Positions 13,401-27,399 of a stretch of DNA of 64,000 nt are shown in pieces (the stretch's first letter is position 1; each line of letters opens with the position of its first letter). The notes beneath the pieces are model-generated. The model did not search any database. It saw only the letters and a list, made by a program, of their open reading frames with translations, and was not told where the DNA came from. The stretch spans positions 186,001 to 250,000 of the forward strand of contig JBHGNT010000038.1 of NCBI GenBank assembly GCA_043228905.1. The letters run 5' to 3'. Origin of the DNA: Azolla caroliniana. Lineage: Eukaryota > Plantae > Polypodiophyta. Both the position numbers and the translations under genes were made by a program.

Positions 13401-14264
13401 CGAATCGAAGCTAACAACGCTAGCTATGATATGGAATTAAAAAATCAAGACTTTGAAACTTACGTCGAGAGATATGACGAAATTAGCAAATTTGAGGAGG
13501 GAGTTGAGAGGAGCCCTTGAGTAAATTAAAATGGTCATACCTAGCGAGTGTGATATCGGATTTTTGTGTACAAACATGCGAATCGAAGCTAACAACGCTA
13601 GCTATGATATGGAATTAAAAAATCAAGACTTAGAAACTTACGTCGAGAGATATGACGAAATTAGCAAATTTGAGGAGTGAGTTGAGAGGAGCCCTTGAGT
13701 AAATTAAAATGGTCATACCTAGCGAGTGTGATATCGGATTTTTGTGTACAAACATGCGAATCGAAGCTAACAACGCTAGCTATGATATGGAATTACAAAA
13801 TGAAGATTTCGAAACTCAGGTCGAGAGACATGACGAAATTACCAAATTTGAGGAGGGAGTTGAGAGGGGCCCTTGAGTAAATTAAAATGTTCATACCTAG
13901 CGAGTGTGATATCGGATTTTTCTGTTCAAACATGCGAATCGAAGCTAACAATGCTAGCTATGATATGGTATTAAAAAATCAAGATTTTGAAACTCAGGTC
14001 GAGAGACATGACGAAATTTCCAAATTTCAGGAGGGAGTTGAGAAGAGCTAGTAGGTAAATTATAATGTTCATACCTGGTTCGTGTGATATCGGATTTTTG
14101 TGTTCAAACATGCGAATCGAAGCTAAAAATGCTAGCTATGATATGGAATTAAAAAATCAAGATTTTGCAACTCAAGTCGAGAGACATGAAGAAATTACCA
14201 AATTTGAGGAGTGAGGTTGGAAGAGCGCGTGAGTGAATTAAAATGTTCATACCTGGCTCGTGTG

Positions 14265-17200
14265 ATATCGGATTTTTGTGTTCAAACATGCGAATCGAAG
14301 CTAACAACGCTAGCTATGATATGGAATAAAAAAAACAAGATTTTGAAACTCAGGTCAAGAGACATGACGAAATTAGCAAATTTGAGGAGTGAGTTGAGAG
14401 GAGCCCTTGAGTAAATTAAAATGTTCATACCTAGCGAGTGTGATATCGGCTTTTTGTGTACAAACATGCGAATCGAAGCTAACAACGCTAGCTATGATAT
14501 GGAATTAAAAAATCAAGACTTTGAAACTTACGTCGAGAGATATGACGAAATTAGCAAATTTGAGGAGTGAGTTGAGAGGAGCCCTTGAGTAAATTAAAAT
14601 GGTCATACCTAGCGAGTGTGATATCGGATTTTTGTGTACAAACATGCGAATCGAAGCTAACAACGCTAGCTATGATATGGAATTACAAAATGAAGATTTT
14701 GAAACTCAGGTCGAGAGACATGACGAAATTACCAAATTTGAGGAGGGAGTTGAGAGGGGCCCTTGAGTAAATTAAAATGTTCATACCTAGCGAGTGTGAT
14801 ATCGGATTTTTGTGTTCAAAATTGCGAATCGAAGCTAACAATGCTAGCTATGATATGGAATTAAAAAATCAAGATTTTGAAACTCAGGTCGAGAGACATG
14901 ACGAAATTTCCAAATTTCAGGATGGAGTTGAGAAGAGCTAGTAGGTAAATTATAATGTTCATACCTGGTTCGTGTGATATCGGATTTTTGTGTTCAAACA
15001 TGCGAATCGAAGCTAAAAACGCTAGCTATGATATGGAATTAAAAAATCAAGATTTTGCAACTCAAGTCGAGAGACATGAAGAAATTACCAAATTTGAGGA
15101 GTGAGGTTGGAAGAGCGCGTGAGTGAATTAAAATGTTCATACCTGGCTCGTGTGATATCGGATTTTTGTGTTCAAACATGCGAATCGAAGCTAACAACGC
15201 TAGCTATGATATGGAATAAAAAAAACAAGATTTTGAAACTCAGGTCAAGAGACATGACGAAATTAGCAAATTTGAGGAGTGAGTTGAGAGGAGCCCTTCA
15301 GTAAATTAAAATGTTCATACCTAGCGAGTGTGATATCGGCTTTTTGTGTACAAACATGCGAATCGAAGCTAACAACGCTAGCTATGATATGGAATTAAAA
15401 AATCAAGACTTTGAAACTTACGTCGAGAGATATGACGAAATTAGCAAATTTGAGGAGTGAGTTGAGAGGAGCCCTTGAGTAAATTAAAATGGTCATACCT
15501 AGCGAGTGTGATATCGGATTTTTGTGTACAAACATGCGAATCGAAGCTAACAACGCTAGCTATGATATGGAATTACAAAATGAAGATTTTGAAACTCAGG
15601 TCGAGAGACATGACGAAATTACCAAATTTGAGGAGGGAGTTGAGAGGGGCCCTTGAGTAAATTAAAATGTTCATACCTAGCGAGTGTGATATCGGATTTT
15701 TGTGTTCAAACATGCGAATCGAAGCTAACAATGCTAGCTATGATATGGAATTAAAAAATCAAGATTTTGAAACTCAGGTCGAGAGACATGACGAAATTTC
15801 CAAATTTCAGGAGGGAGTTGAGAAGAGCTAGTAGGTAAATTATAATGTTCATACCTCGTTCGTGTGATATCGGATTTTTGTGTTCAAACATGCGAATCGA
15901 AGCTAAAAACGCTAGCTATGATATGGAATTAAAAAATCAAGATTTTGCAACTCAAGTCGAGAGACATGAAGAAATTACCAAATTTGAGGAGTGAGGTTGG
16001 AAGAGCGCGTGAGTGAATTAAAATGTTCATACCTGGCTCGTGTGATATCGGATTTTTGTGTTCAAACATGCGAATCGATGCTAACAACGCTAGCTATGAT
16101 ATGGAATAAAAAAAACAAGATTTTGAAACTCAGGTCAAGAGACATGACGAAATTACCAAATTTGAGGAGTGAGTTGAGAGGAGCCCTTGAGTAAATTAAA
16201 ATGGTCATACCTAGCGAGTGTGATATCGGATTTTTGTGTACAAACATGCGAATCGAAGCTAACAACGCTAGCTATGATATGGAATTAAAAAATCAAGATT
16301 TTGAAACTTACGTCGAGAGATATGACGAAATTAGCAAATTTGAGGAGTGAGTTGAGAGGAGCCCTTGAGTAAATTAAAATGGTCATACCTAGCGAGTGTG
16401 ATATCGGATTTTTGTGTTCAAACATGCGAATCTAAGCTAACAACGCTAGCTATGATATGGAATTAAAAAATCAAGATTTTGAAACTCAGGTCGAGAGACA
16501 TGACGAAATTAGCAAATTTGAGGAGTGAGTTGAGAGGAGCCCTTGAGTAAATTAAAATGGTCATACCTAGCGAGTGTGATATCGGATTTTTGTGTACAAA
16601 CATGCGAATCGAAGCTAACAACGCTAGCTATGATATGGAATTAAAAAATCAAGATTTTGAAACTTACGTCGAGAGATATGACGAAATTAGCAAATTTGAG
16701 GAGTGAGTTGAGAGGAGCCCTTGAGTAAATTAAAATGGTCATACCTAGCGAGTGTGATATCGGATTTTTGTGTACAAACATGCGAATCGAAGCTAACAAC
16801 GCTAGCTATGATATGGGATTACAAAATGAAGATTTTGACACTCAGGTCGAGAGACATGACGAAATTACCAAATTTGAGGAGGGAGTTGAGAGGGGCCCTT
16901 GAGTAAATTAAAATGTTCATACCTAGCGAGTGTGATATCGGATTTTTGTGTTCAAACATGCGAATCGAAGCTAACAATGCTAGCTATGATATGGAATTAA
17001 AAAATCAAGATTTTGAAACTCAGGTCGAGAGACATGACGAAATTACCAAATTTGAGGAGGGAGTTGAGAGGGGCCCTTGAGTAAATTAAAATGTTCATAC
17101 CTAGCGAGTGTGATATCGGATTTTTGTGTTCAAACATGCGAATCGAAGCTAACAACGCTAGCTATGATATGGAATTACAAAATGAAGATTTTGAAACTCA

Positions 17201-20200
17201 GGTCGAGAGACATGACGAAATTACCAAATTTGAGGAGGGAGTTGAGAGGGGCCCTTGAGTAAATTAAAATGTTCATACCTAGCGAGTGTGATATCGGATT
17301 TTTGTGTTCAAACATGCGAATCGAAGCTAACAACGCTAGCTATGATATGGAATAAAAAAAACAAGATTTTGAAACTCAGGTCAAGAGACATGACGAAATT
17401 AGCAAATTTGAGGAGTGAGTTGAGAGGAGCCCTTGAGTAAATTAAAATGTTCATACCTAGCGAGTGTGATATCGGCTTTTTGTGTACAAACATGCGAATC
17501 GAAGCTAACAACGCTAGCTATGATATGGAATTAAAAAATCAAGACTTTGAAACTTACGTCGAGAGATATGACGAAATTAGCAAATTTGAGGAGTGAGTTG
17601 AGAGGAGCCCTTGAGTAAATTAAAATGGTCATACCTAGCGAGTGTGATATCGGATTTTTGTGTACAAACATGCGAATCGAAGCTAACAACGCTAGCTATG
17701 ATATGGAATTACAAAATGAAGATTTTGAAACTCAGGTCGAGAGACATGACGAAATTACCAAATTTGAGGAGGGAGTTGAGAGGGGCCCTTGAGTAAATTA
17801 AAATGTTCATACCTAGCGAGTGTGATATCGGATTTTTGTGTTCAAAATTACGAATCGAAGCTAACAATGCTAGCTATGATATGGAATTAAAAAATCAAGA
17901 TTTTGAAACTCAGGTCGAGAGACATGACGAAATTTCCAAATTTCAGGATGGAGTTGAGAAGAGCTAGTAGGTAAATTATAATGTTCATACCTGGTTCGTG
18001 TGATATCGGATTTTTGTGTTCAAACATGCGAATCGAAGCTAAAAACGCTAGCTATGATATGGAATTAAAAAATCAAGATTTTGCAACTCAAGTCGAGAGA
18101 CATGAAGAAATTACCAAATTTGAGGAGTGAGGTTGGAAGAGCGCGTGAGTGAATTAAAATGTTCATACCTGGCTCGTGTGATATCGGATTTTTGTGTTCA
18201 AACATGCGAATCGAAGCTAACAACGCTAGCTATGATATGGAATAAAAAAAACAAGATTTTGAAACTCAGGTCAAGAGACATGACGAAATTAGCAAATTTG
18301 AGGAGTGAGTTGAGAGGAGCCCTTGAGTAAATTAAAATGTTCATACCTAGCGAGTGTGATATCGGCTTTTTGTGTACAAACATGCGAATCGAAGCTAACA
18401 ACGCTAGCTATGATATGGAATTAAAAAATCAAGACTTTGAAACTTACGTCGAGAGATATGACGAAATTAGCAAATTTGAGGAGTGAGTTGAGAGGAGCCC
18501 TTGAGTAAATTAAAATGGTCATACCTAGCGAGTGTGATATCGGATTTTTGTGTACAAACATGCGAATCGAAGCTAACAACGCTAGCTATGATATGGAATT
18601 ACAAAATGAAGATTTTGAAACTCAGGTCGAGAGACATGACGAAATTACCAAATTTGAGGAGGGAGTTGAGAGGGGCCCTTGAGTAAATTAAAATGTTCAT
18701 ACCTAGCGAGTGTGATATCGGATTTTTGTGTTCAAACATGCGAATCGAAGCTAACAATGCTAGCTATGATATGGAATTAAAAAATCAAGATTTTGAAACT
18801 CAGGTCGAGAGACATGACGAAATTTCCAAATTTCAGGAGGGAGTTGAGAAGAGCTAGTAGGTAAATTATAATGTTCATACCTCGTTCGTGTGATATCGGA
18901 TTTTTGTGTTCAAACATGCGAATCGAAGCTAAAAACGCTAGCTATGATATGGAATTAAAAAATCAAGATTTTGCAACTCAAGTCGAGAGACATGAAGAAA
19001 TTACCAAATTTGAGGAGTGAGGTTGGAAGAGCGCGTGAGTGAATTAAAATGTTCATACCTGGCTCGTGTGATATCGGATTTTTGTGTTCAAACATGCGAA
19101 TCGATGCTAACAACGCTAGCTATGATATGGAATAAAAAAAACAAGATTTTGAAACTCAGGTCAAGAGACATGACGAAATTACCAAATTTGAGGAGTGAGT
19201 TGAGAGGAGCCCTTGAGTAAATTAAAATGGTCATACCTAGCGAGTGTGATATCGGATTTTTGTGTACAAACATGCGAATCGAAGCTAACAACGCTAGCTA
19301 TGATATGGAATTAAAAAATCAAGATTTTGAAACTTACGTCGAGAGATATGACGAAATTAGCAAATTTGAGGAGTGAGTTGAGAGGAGCCCTTGAGTAAAT
19401 TAAAATGGTCATACCTAGCGAGTGTGATATCGGATTTTTGTGTTCAAACATGCGAATCTAAGCTAACAACGCTAGCTATGATATGGAATTAAAAAATCAA
19501 GATTTTGAAACTCAGGTCGAGAGACATGACGAAATTACCAAATTTGAGGAGTGAGTTGAGAGGAGCCCTTGAGTAAATTAAAATGGTCATACCTAGCGAG
19601 TGTGATATCGGATTTTTGTGTACAAACATGCGAATCGAAGCTAACAACGCTAGCTATGATATGGAATTAAAAAATCAAGATTTTGAAACTTACGTCGAGA
19701 GATATGACGAAATTAGCAAATTTGAGGAGTGAGTTGAGAGGAGCCCTTGAGTAAATTAAAATGGTCATACCTAGCGAGTGTGATATCGGATTTTTGTGTA
19801 CAAACATGCGAATCGAAGCTAACAACGCTAGCTATGATATGGGATTACAAAATGAAGATTTTGACACTCAGGTCGAGAGACATGACGAAATTACCAAATT
19901 TGAGGAGGGAGTTGAGAGGGGCCCTTGAGTAAATTAAAATGTTCATACCTAGCGAGTGTGATATCGGATTTTTGTGTTCAAACATGCGAATCGAAGCTAA
20001 CAATGCTAGCTATGATATGGAATTAAAAAATCAAGATTTTGAAACTCAGGTCGAGAGACATGACGAAATTACCAAATTTGAGGAGGGAGTTGAGAGGGGC
20101 CCTTGAGTAAATTAAAATGTTCATACCTAGCGAGTGTGATATCGGATTTTTGTGTTCAAACATGCGAATCGAAGCTAACAACGCTAGCTATGATATGGAA

Positions 20201-23200
20201 TTACAAAATGAAGATTTTGAAACTCAGGTCGAGAGACATGACGAAATTACCAAATTTGAGGAGGGAGTTGAGAGGGGCCCTTGAGTAAATTAAAATGTTC
20301 ATACCTAGCGAGTGTGATATCGGATTTTTGTGTTCAAACATGCGAATCGAAGCTAACAACGCTAGCTATGATATGGAATAAAAAAAACAAGATTTTGAAA
20401 CTCAGGTCAAGAGACATGACGAAATTAGCAAATTTGAGGAGTGAGTTGAGAGGAGCCCTTGAGTAAATTAAAATGTTCATACCTAGCGAGTGTGATATCG
20501 GCTTTTTGTGTACAAACATGCGAATCGAAGCTAACAACGCTAGCTATGATATGGAATTAAAAAATCAAGATTTTGAAACTTACGTCGAGAGATATGACGA
20601 AATTAGCAAATTTGAGGAGTGAGTTGAGAGGAGCCCTTGAGTAAATTAAAATGGTCATACCTAGCGAGTGTGATATCGGATTTTTGTGTACAAACATGCG
20701 AATCGAAGCTAACAACGCTAGCTATGATATGGGATTACAAAATGAAGATTTTGACACTCAGGTCGAGAGACATGACGAAATTACCAAATTTGAGGAGGGA
20801 GTTGAGAGGGGCCCTTGAGTAAATTAAAATGTTCATACCTAGCGAGTGTGATATCGGATTTTTGTGTTCAAACATGCGAATCGAAGCTAACAATGCTAGC
20901 TATGATATGGAATTAAAAAATCAAGATTTTGAAACTCAGGTCGAGAGACATGACGAAATTACCAAATTTGAGGAGGGAGTTGAGAGGGGCCCTTGAGTAA
21001 ATTAAAATGTTCATACCTAGCGAGTGTGATATCGGATTTTTGTGTTCAAACATGCGAATCGAAGCTAACAACGCTAGCTATGATATGGAATTACAAAATG
21101 AAGATTTTGAAACTCAGGTCGAGAGACATGACGAAATTACCAAATTTGAGGAGGGAGTTGAGAGGGGCCCTTGAGTAAATTAAAATGTTCATACCTAGCG
21201 AGTGTGATATCGGATTTTTGTGTTCAAACATGCGAATCGAAGCTAACAACGCTAGCTATGATATGGAATAAAAAAAACAAGATTTTGAAACTCAGGTCAA
21301 GAGACATGACGAAATTAGCAAATTTGAGGAGTGAGTTGAGAGGAGCCCTTGAGTAAATTAAAATGTTCATACCTAGCGAGTGTGATATCGGCTTTTTGTG
21401 TACAAACATGCGAATCGAAGCTAACAACGCTAGCTATGATATGGAATTAAAAAATCAAGACTTTGAAACTTACGTCGAGAGATATGACGAAATTAGCAAA
21501 TTTGAGGAGTGAGTTGAGAGGAGCCCTTGAGTAAATTAAAATGGTCATACCTAGCGAGTGTGATATCGGATTTTTGTGTACAAACATGCGAATCGAAGCT
21601 AACAACGCTAGCTATGATATGGAATTACAAAATGAAGATTTTGAAACTCAGGTCGAGAGACATGACGAAATTACCAAATTTGAGGAGGGAGTTGAGAGGG
21701 GCCCTTGAGTAAATTAAAATGTTCATACCTAGCGAGTGTGATATCGGATTTTTGTGTTCAAAATTGCGAATCGAAGCTAACAATGCTAGCTATGATATGG
21801 AATTAAAAAATCAAGATTTTGAAACTCAGGTCGAGAGACATGACGAAATTTCCAAATTTCAGGATGGAGTTGAGAAGAGCTAGTAGGTAAATTATAATGT
21901 TCATACCTGGTTCGTGTGATATCGGATTTTTGTGTTCAAACATGCGAATCGAAGCTAAAAACGCTAGCTATGATATGGAATTAAAAAATCAAGATTTTGC
22001 AACTCAAGTCGAGAGACATGAAGAAATTACCAAATTTGAGGAGTGAGGTTGGAAGAGCGCGTGAGTGAATTAAAATGTTCATACCTGGCTCGTGTGATAT
22101 CGGATTTTTGTGTTCAAACATGCGAATCGAAGCTAACAACGCTAGCTATGATATGGAATAAAAAAAACAAGATTTTGAAACTCAGGTCAAGAGACATGAC
22201 GAAATTAGCAAATTTGAGGAGTGAGTTGAGAGGAGCCCTTCAGTAAATTAAAATGTTCATACCTAGCGAGTGTGATATCGGCTTTTTGTGTACAAACATG
22301 CGAATCGAAGCTAACAACGCTAGCTATGATATGGAATTAAAAAATCAAGACTTTGAAACTTACGTCGAGAGATATGACGAAATTAGCAAATTTGAGGAGT
22401 GAGTTGAGAGGAGCCCTTGAGTAAATTAAAATGGTCATACCTAGCGAGTGTGATATCGGATTTTTGTGTACAAACATGCGAATCGAAGCTAACAACGCTA
22501 GCTATGATATGGAATTACAAAATGAAGATTTTGAAACTCAGGTCGAGAGACATGACGAAATTACCAAATTTGAGGAGGGAGTTGAGAGGGGCCCTTGAGT
22601 AAATTAAAATGTTCATACCTAGCGAGTGTGATATCGGATTTTTGTGTTCAAACATGCGAATCGAAGCTAACAATGCTAGCTATGATATGGAATTAAAAAA
22701 TCAAGATTTTGAAACTCAGGTCGAGAGACATGACGAAATTTCCAAATTTCAGGAGGGAGTTGAGAAGAGCTAGTAGGTAAATTATAATGTTCATACCTCG
22801 TTCGTGTGATATCGGATTTTTGTGTTCAAACATGCGAATCGAAGCTAAAAACGCTAGCTATGATATGGAATTAAAAAATCAAGATTTTGCAACTCAAGTC
22901 GAGAGACATGAAGAAATTACCAAATTTGAGGAGTGAGGTTGGAAGAGCGCGTGAGTGAATTAAAATGTTCATACCTGGCTCGTGTGATATCGGATTTTTG
23001 TGTTCAAACATGCGAATCGATGCTAACAACGCTAGCTATGATATGGAATAAAAAAAACAAGATTTTGAAACTCAGGTCAAGAGACATGACGAAATTACCA
23101 AATTTGAGGAGTGAGTTGAGAGGAGCCCTTGAGTAAATTAAAATGGTCATACCTAGCGAGTGTGATATCGGATTTTTGTGTACAAACATGCGAATCGAAG

Positions 23201-24270
23201 CTAACAACGCTAGCTATGATATGGAATTAAAAAATCAAGATTTTGAAACTTACGTCGAGAGATATGACGAAATTAGCAAATTTGAGGAGTGAGTTGAGAG
23301 GAGCCCTTGAGTAAATTAAAATGGTCATACCTAGCGAGTGTGATATCGGATTTTTGTGTTCAAACATGCGAATCTAAGCTAACAACGCTAGCTATGATAT
23401 GGAATTAAAAAATCAAGATTTTGAAACTCAGGTCGAGAGACATGACGAAATTACCAAATTTGAGGAGTGAGTTGAGAGGAGCCCTTGAGTAAATTAAAAT
23501 GGTCATACCTAGCGAGTGTGATATCGGATTTTTGTGTACAAACATGCGAATCGAAGCTAACAACGCTAGCTATGATATGGAATTAAAAAATCAAGATTTT
23601 GAAACTTACGTCGAGAGATATGACGAAATTAGCAAATTTGAGGAGTGAGTTGAGAGGAGCCCTTGAGTAAATTAAAATGGTCATACCTAGCGAGTGTGAT
23701 ATCGGATTTTTGTGTACAAACATGCGAATCGAAGCTAACAACGCTAGCTATGATATGGGATTACAAAATGAAGATTTTGAAACTCAGGTCGAGAGACATG
23801 ACGAAATTACCAAATTTGAGGAGGGAGTTGAGAGGGGCCCTTGAGTAAATTAAAATGTTCATACCTAGCGAGTGTGATATCGGATTTTTGTGTTCAAACA
23901 TGCGAATCGAAGCTAACAATGCTAGCTATGATATGGAATTAAAAAATCAAGATTTTGAAACTCAGGTCGAGAGACATGACGAAATTACCAAATTTGAGGA
24001 GGGAGTTGAGAGGGGCCCTTGAGTAAATTAAAATGTTCATACCTAGCGAGTGTGATATCGGATTTTTGTGTTCAAACATGCGAATCGAAGCTAACAACGC
24101 TAGCTATGATATGGAATTACAAAATGAAGATTTTGAAACTCAGGTCGAGAGACATGACGAAATTACCAAATTTGAGGAGGGAGTTGAGAGGGGCCCTTGA
24201 GTAAATTAAAATGTTCATACCTAGCGAGTGTGATATCGGATTTTTGTGTTCAAACATGCGAATCGAAGCT
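14265..24270 (+). repeat. 17-mer HOR (3,026 bp), 3 copies; the second is expanded to a 22-mer by an internal 5-mer duplication
   Basis: CAGGATGGAG at ~14918/17944/21860 and the TCGATGCTAAC-containing ORFs at 15991/19017/22933 give offsets of 3026 then 3916. The internal duplication is 19747 to 20637 (890). A 5-mer substructure appears at 14211/15101/15991. Confidence 0.9.
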
Positions 24271-25079
24271 AACAATGCTAGCTATGATATGGAATTAAAA
24301 AATCAAGATTTTGAAACTCAGGTCGAGAGACATGACGAAATTTCCAAATTTCAGGAGGGAGTTGAGAAGAGCTAGTAGGTAAATTATAATGTTCATACCT
24401 GGTTCGTGTGATATCGGATTATTGTGTTCAAACATGCGAATCGAAGCTAAAAACGCTAGCTATGATATGGAATTAAAAAATCAAGATTTTGCAACTCAAG
24501 TCGAGAGACATGAAGAAATTACCAAATTTGAGGAGTGAGGTTGGAAGAGCGCGTGAGTGAATTAAAATGTTCATACCTGGCTCGTGTGATATCGGATTTT
24601 TGTGTTCAAACATGCGAATCGAAGCTAACAACGCTAGCTATGATATGGAATAAAAAAAACAAGATTTTGAAACTCAGGTCCAGAGACATGACGAAATTAG
24701 CAAATTTGAGGAGTGAGTTGAGAGGAGCCCTTGAGTAAATTAAAATGTTCATACCTAGCGAGTGTGATATCGGCTTTTTGTGTACAAAAATGCGAATCGA
24801 AGCTAACAACGCTAGCTATGATATGGAATTAAAAAATCAAGATTTTGAAACTCAGGTCGAGAGACATGACGAAATTACCAAATTTGAGGAGGGGGTTGAG
24901 AGGGGCCCTTGAGTAAATTAAAATGTTCATACCTAGCTCGTGTGATATCGGATTTTTGTGTTCAAACATGCGAATCGAAGCTAACAACGCTAGCTATGAT
25001 ATGGAATAAAAAAAACAAGATTTTGAAACTCAGGTCGAGAGACATGACGAAATTACCAAATTTGAGGAGTGAGTTGAGA

Positions 25080-26620
25080 GGAGCCCTTGAGTAAATTAAA
25101 ATGGTCATACCTAGCGAGTGTGATATCGGATTTTTGTGTACAAACATGCGAATCGAAGCTAACAACGCTAGCTATGATATGGAATTAAAAAATCAAGATT
25201 TTGAAACTCAGGTCGAGAGACATGACGACATTTCCAAATTTCAGGAGGGAGTTGAGAAGAGCTAGTAGGTAAATTATAATGTTCATACCTGGTTCGTGTG
25301 ATATTGGATTTTTGTGTTCAAACATTCGAATCGAAGCTAACAACGCTAGCTATGATATGGAATTACAAAATCAAGATTTTGAAACTCCAGTCGAGAGACA
25401 TGATGAAATTGCCAAATTTGACGAGTGAAGTTGGAAGAGCGCGTGAGTGAATTAAAATGTTCATACCTGGCTCGTGTGATATCGGATTTTTGTGTTCAAA
25501 CATGCAAATCGAAGCTAACAACGCTAGCTATGATATGGAATTAAAAAATCAATATTTTGAAAATCAGGTCGAGAGGCATGACGAAATTAGCAAATTTGAG
25601 GAGTGAGTTGAGAGGAGCCCTTGAGTAAATTAAAATGTTCATACCTAGTGAGCGTGATATCGGATTTTTGTGTTCAAACATGCGAATCGAAGCTAACAAC
25701 GCTAGCTATGATATGGAATTAAAAAATCAAGATTTTGAAACTAAGGTTGAGAGACATGACGAAATTAGCAAATTTGAGGAGTGACGTTGGAAGAGCGCGT
25801 GAGTGAATTAAAATGTTCATACCTGGCTCGTGTGATATCGGATTTTTGTGTTCAAACATGCTAATCGAAGCTAACAACGCTAGCTATGATATGGAATTAA
25901 AAAATCAAGATTTTGAAACTCAGGTCCAGATACATGACGAAATTAGCAAATTTGAGGAGTGAGTTGAGAGGAGCCCTTGAGTAAATTAAAATGTTCATAC
26001 ATAGCGAGTGTGATATCGGATTTTTGTGTGCAAACATGCGATTCGAAGCTAACAACGCTAGCTATGATATGGAATTAAAAAATCAAGATTTTGAAACTCA
26101 GGTCGAGAGACATGACGAAATTACCAAATTTGAGGAGGGGGTTGAGAGGGGCCCTTGAGTAAATTAAAATGTTCATACCTAGCTCGTGTGATATCGGATT
26201 TTTGTGTTCAAACATGCGAATCGAAGCTAACAACGCTAGCTATGATATGGAATAAAAAAAACAAGATTTTGAAACTCAGGTCGAGAGACATGACGAAATT
26301 ACCAAATTTGAGGAGTGAGTTGAGAGGAGCCCTTGAGTAAATTAAAATGGTCATACCTAGCTAGTGTGATATCGGATTTTTGTGTTCAAACATGCGAATC
26401 GAAGCTAACAACGTTAGCTATGATATGGAATTCAAAAATCAAGATTTTGAAACTCAGGTCGAGAGACATGACGAAATTTCCAAATTTCAGGAGGGAGTTG
26501 AGAAGAGCTAGTAGGTAAATTATAATGTTCATACCTAGCTCGTGTTATATCGGATTTTTGTGTTCAAACATGCGAATCGAAGCTAACAACGCTAGCTATG
26601 ATATGGAATTAAAAAATCAA
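25080..26620 (+). repeat. Block of about 8-9 monomers duplicated at ~32380-33920 (offset 7,298 = 41x178)
   Basis: The private variant CTAAGGTTGA is at 25741 and 33039. ORF pairs 26155/33453 and 26333/33631 match. TGTGCAAAC and GAATTCAAAA variants are shared. Confidence 0.88.
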
Positions 26621-27399
26621 GATTTTGAAACTCAGGTCGAGAGACATGACGAAATTTCCAAATTTCAGGAGGGGGTTGAGAGGGGCCCTTGAGTAAATTA
26701 AAATGTTCATACCTAGCTCGTGTGATATCGGATTTTTGTGTTCAAACATGCGAATCGAAGCTAACAACGCTAGCTATGATATGGAATAAAAAAAACAAGA
26801 TTTTGAAACTCAGGTCGAGAGATATGACGAAATTACCAAATTTGAGGAGTGAGTTGAGAGGAGCCCTTGAGTAAATTAAAATGGTCATACCTAGCGAGTG
26901 TGATATCGGATTTTTGTGTACAAACATGCGAATCGAAGCTAACAACGCTATCTATGATATGGAATTAAAAAATCAAGAGTTTGAAACTTACGTCGAGAGA
27001 TATGACGAAATTAGCAAATTTGAGGAGTGAGTTGAGAGGAGCCCTTGAGTAAATTAAAATGGTCATACCTAGCGAGTGTGATATCGGATTTTTGTGTTCG
27101 AACATGCGAATCTAAGCTAACAACGCTAGCTATGATATGGAATTAAAAAATCAAGATTTTGAAACTCAGGTCGAGAGACATGACGAAATTACCAAATTTG
27201 AGGAGTGAGTTGAGAGGAGCCCTTGAGTAAATTAAAATGGTCATACCTAGCGAGTGTGATATCGGATTTTTGTGTACAAACATGCGAATCGAAGCTAACA
27301 ACGCTAGCTATGATATGGAATTAAAAAATCAAGATTTTGAAACTCAGGTCGAGAGACATGACGAAATTACCAAATTTGAGGAGTGAGTTGAGAGGAGCC

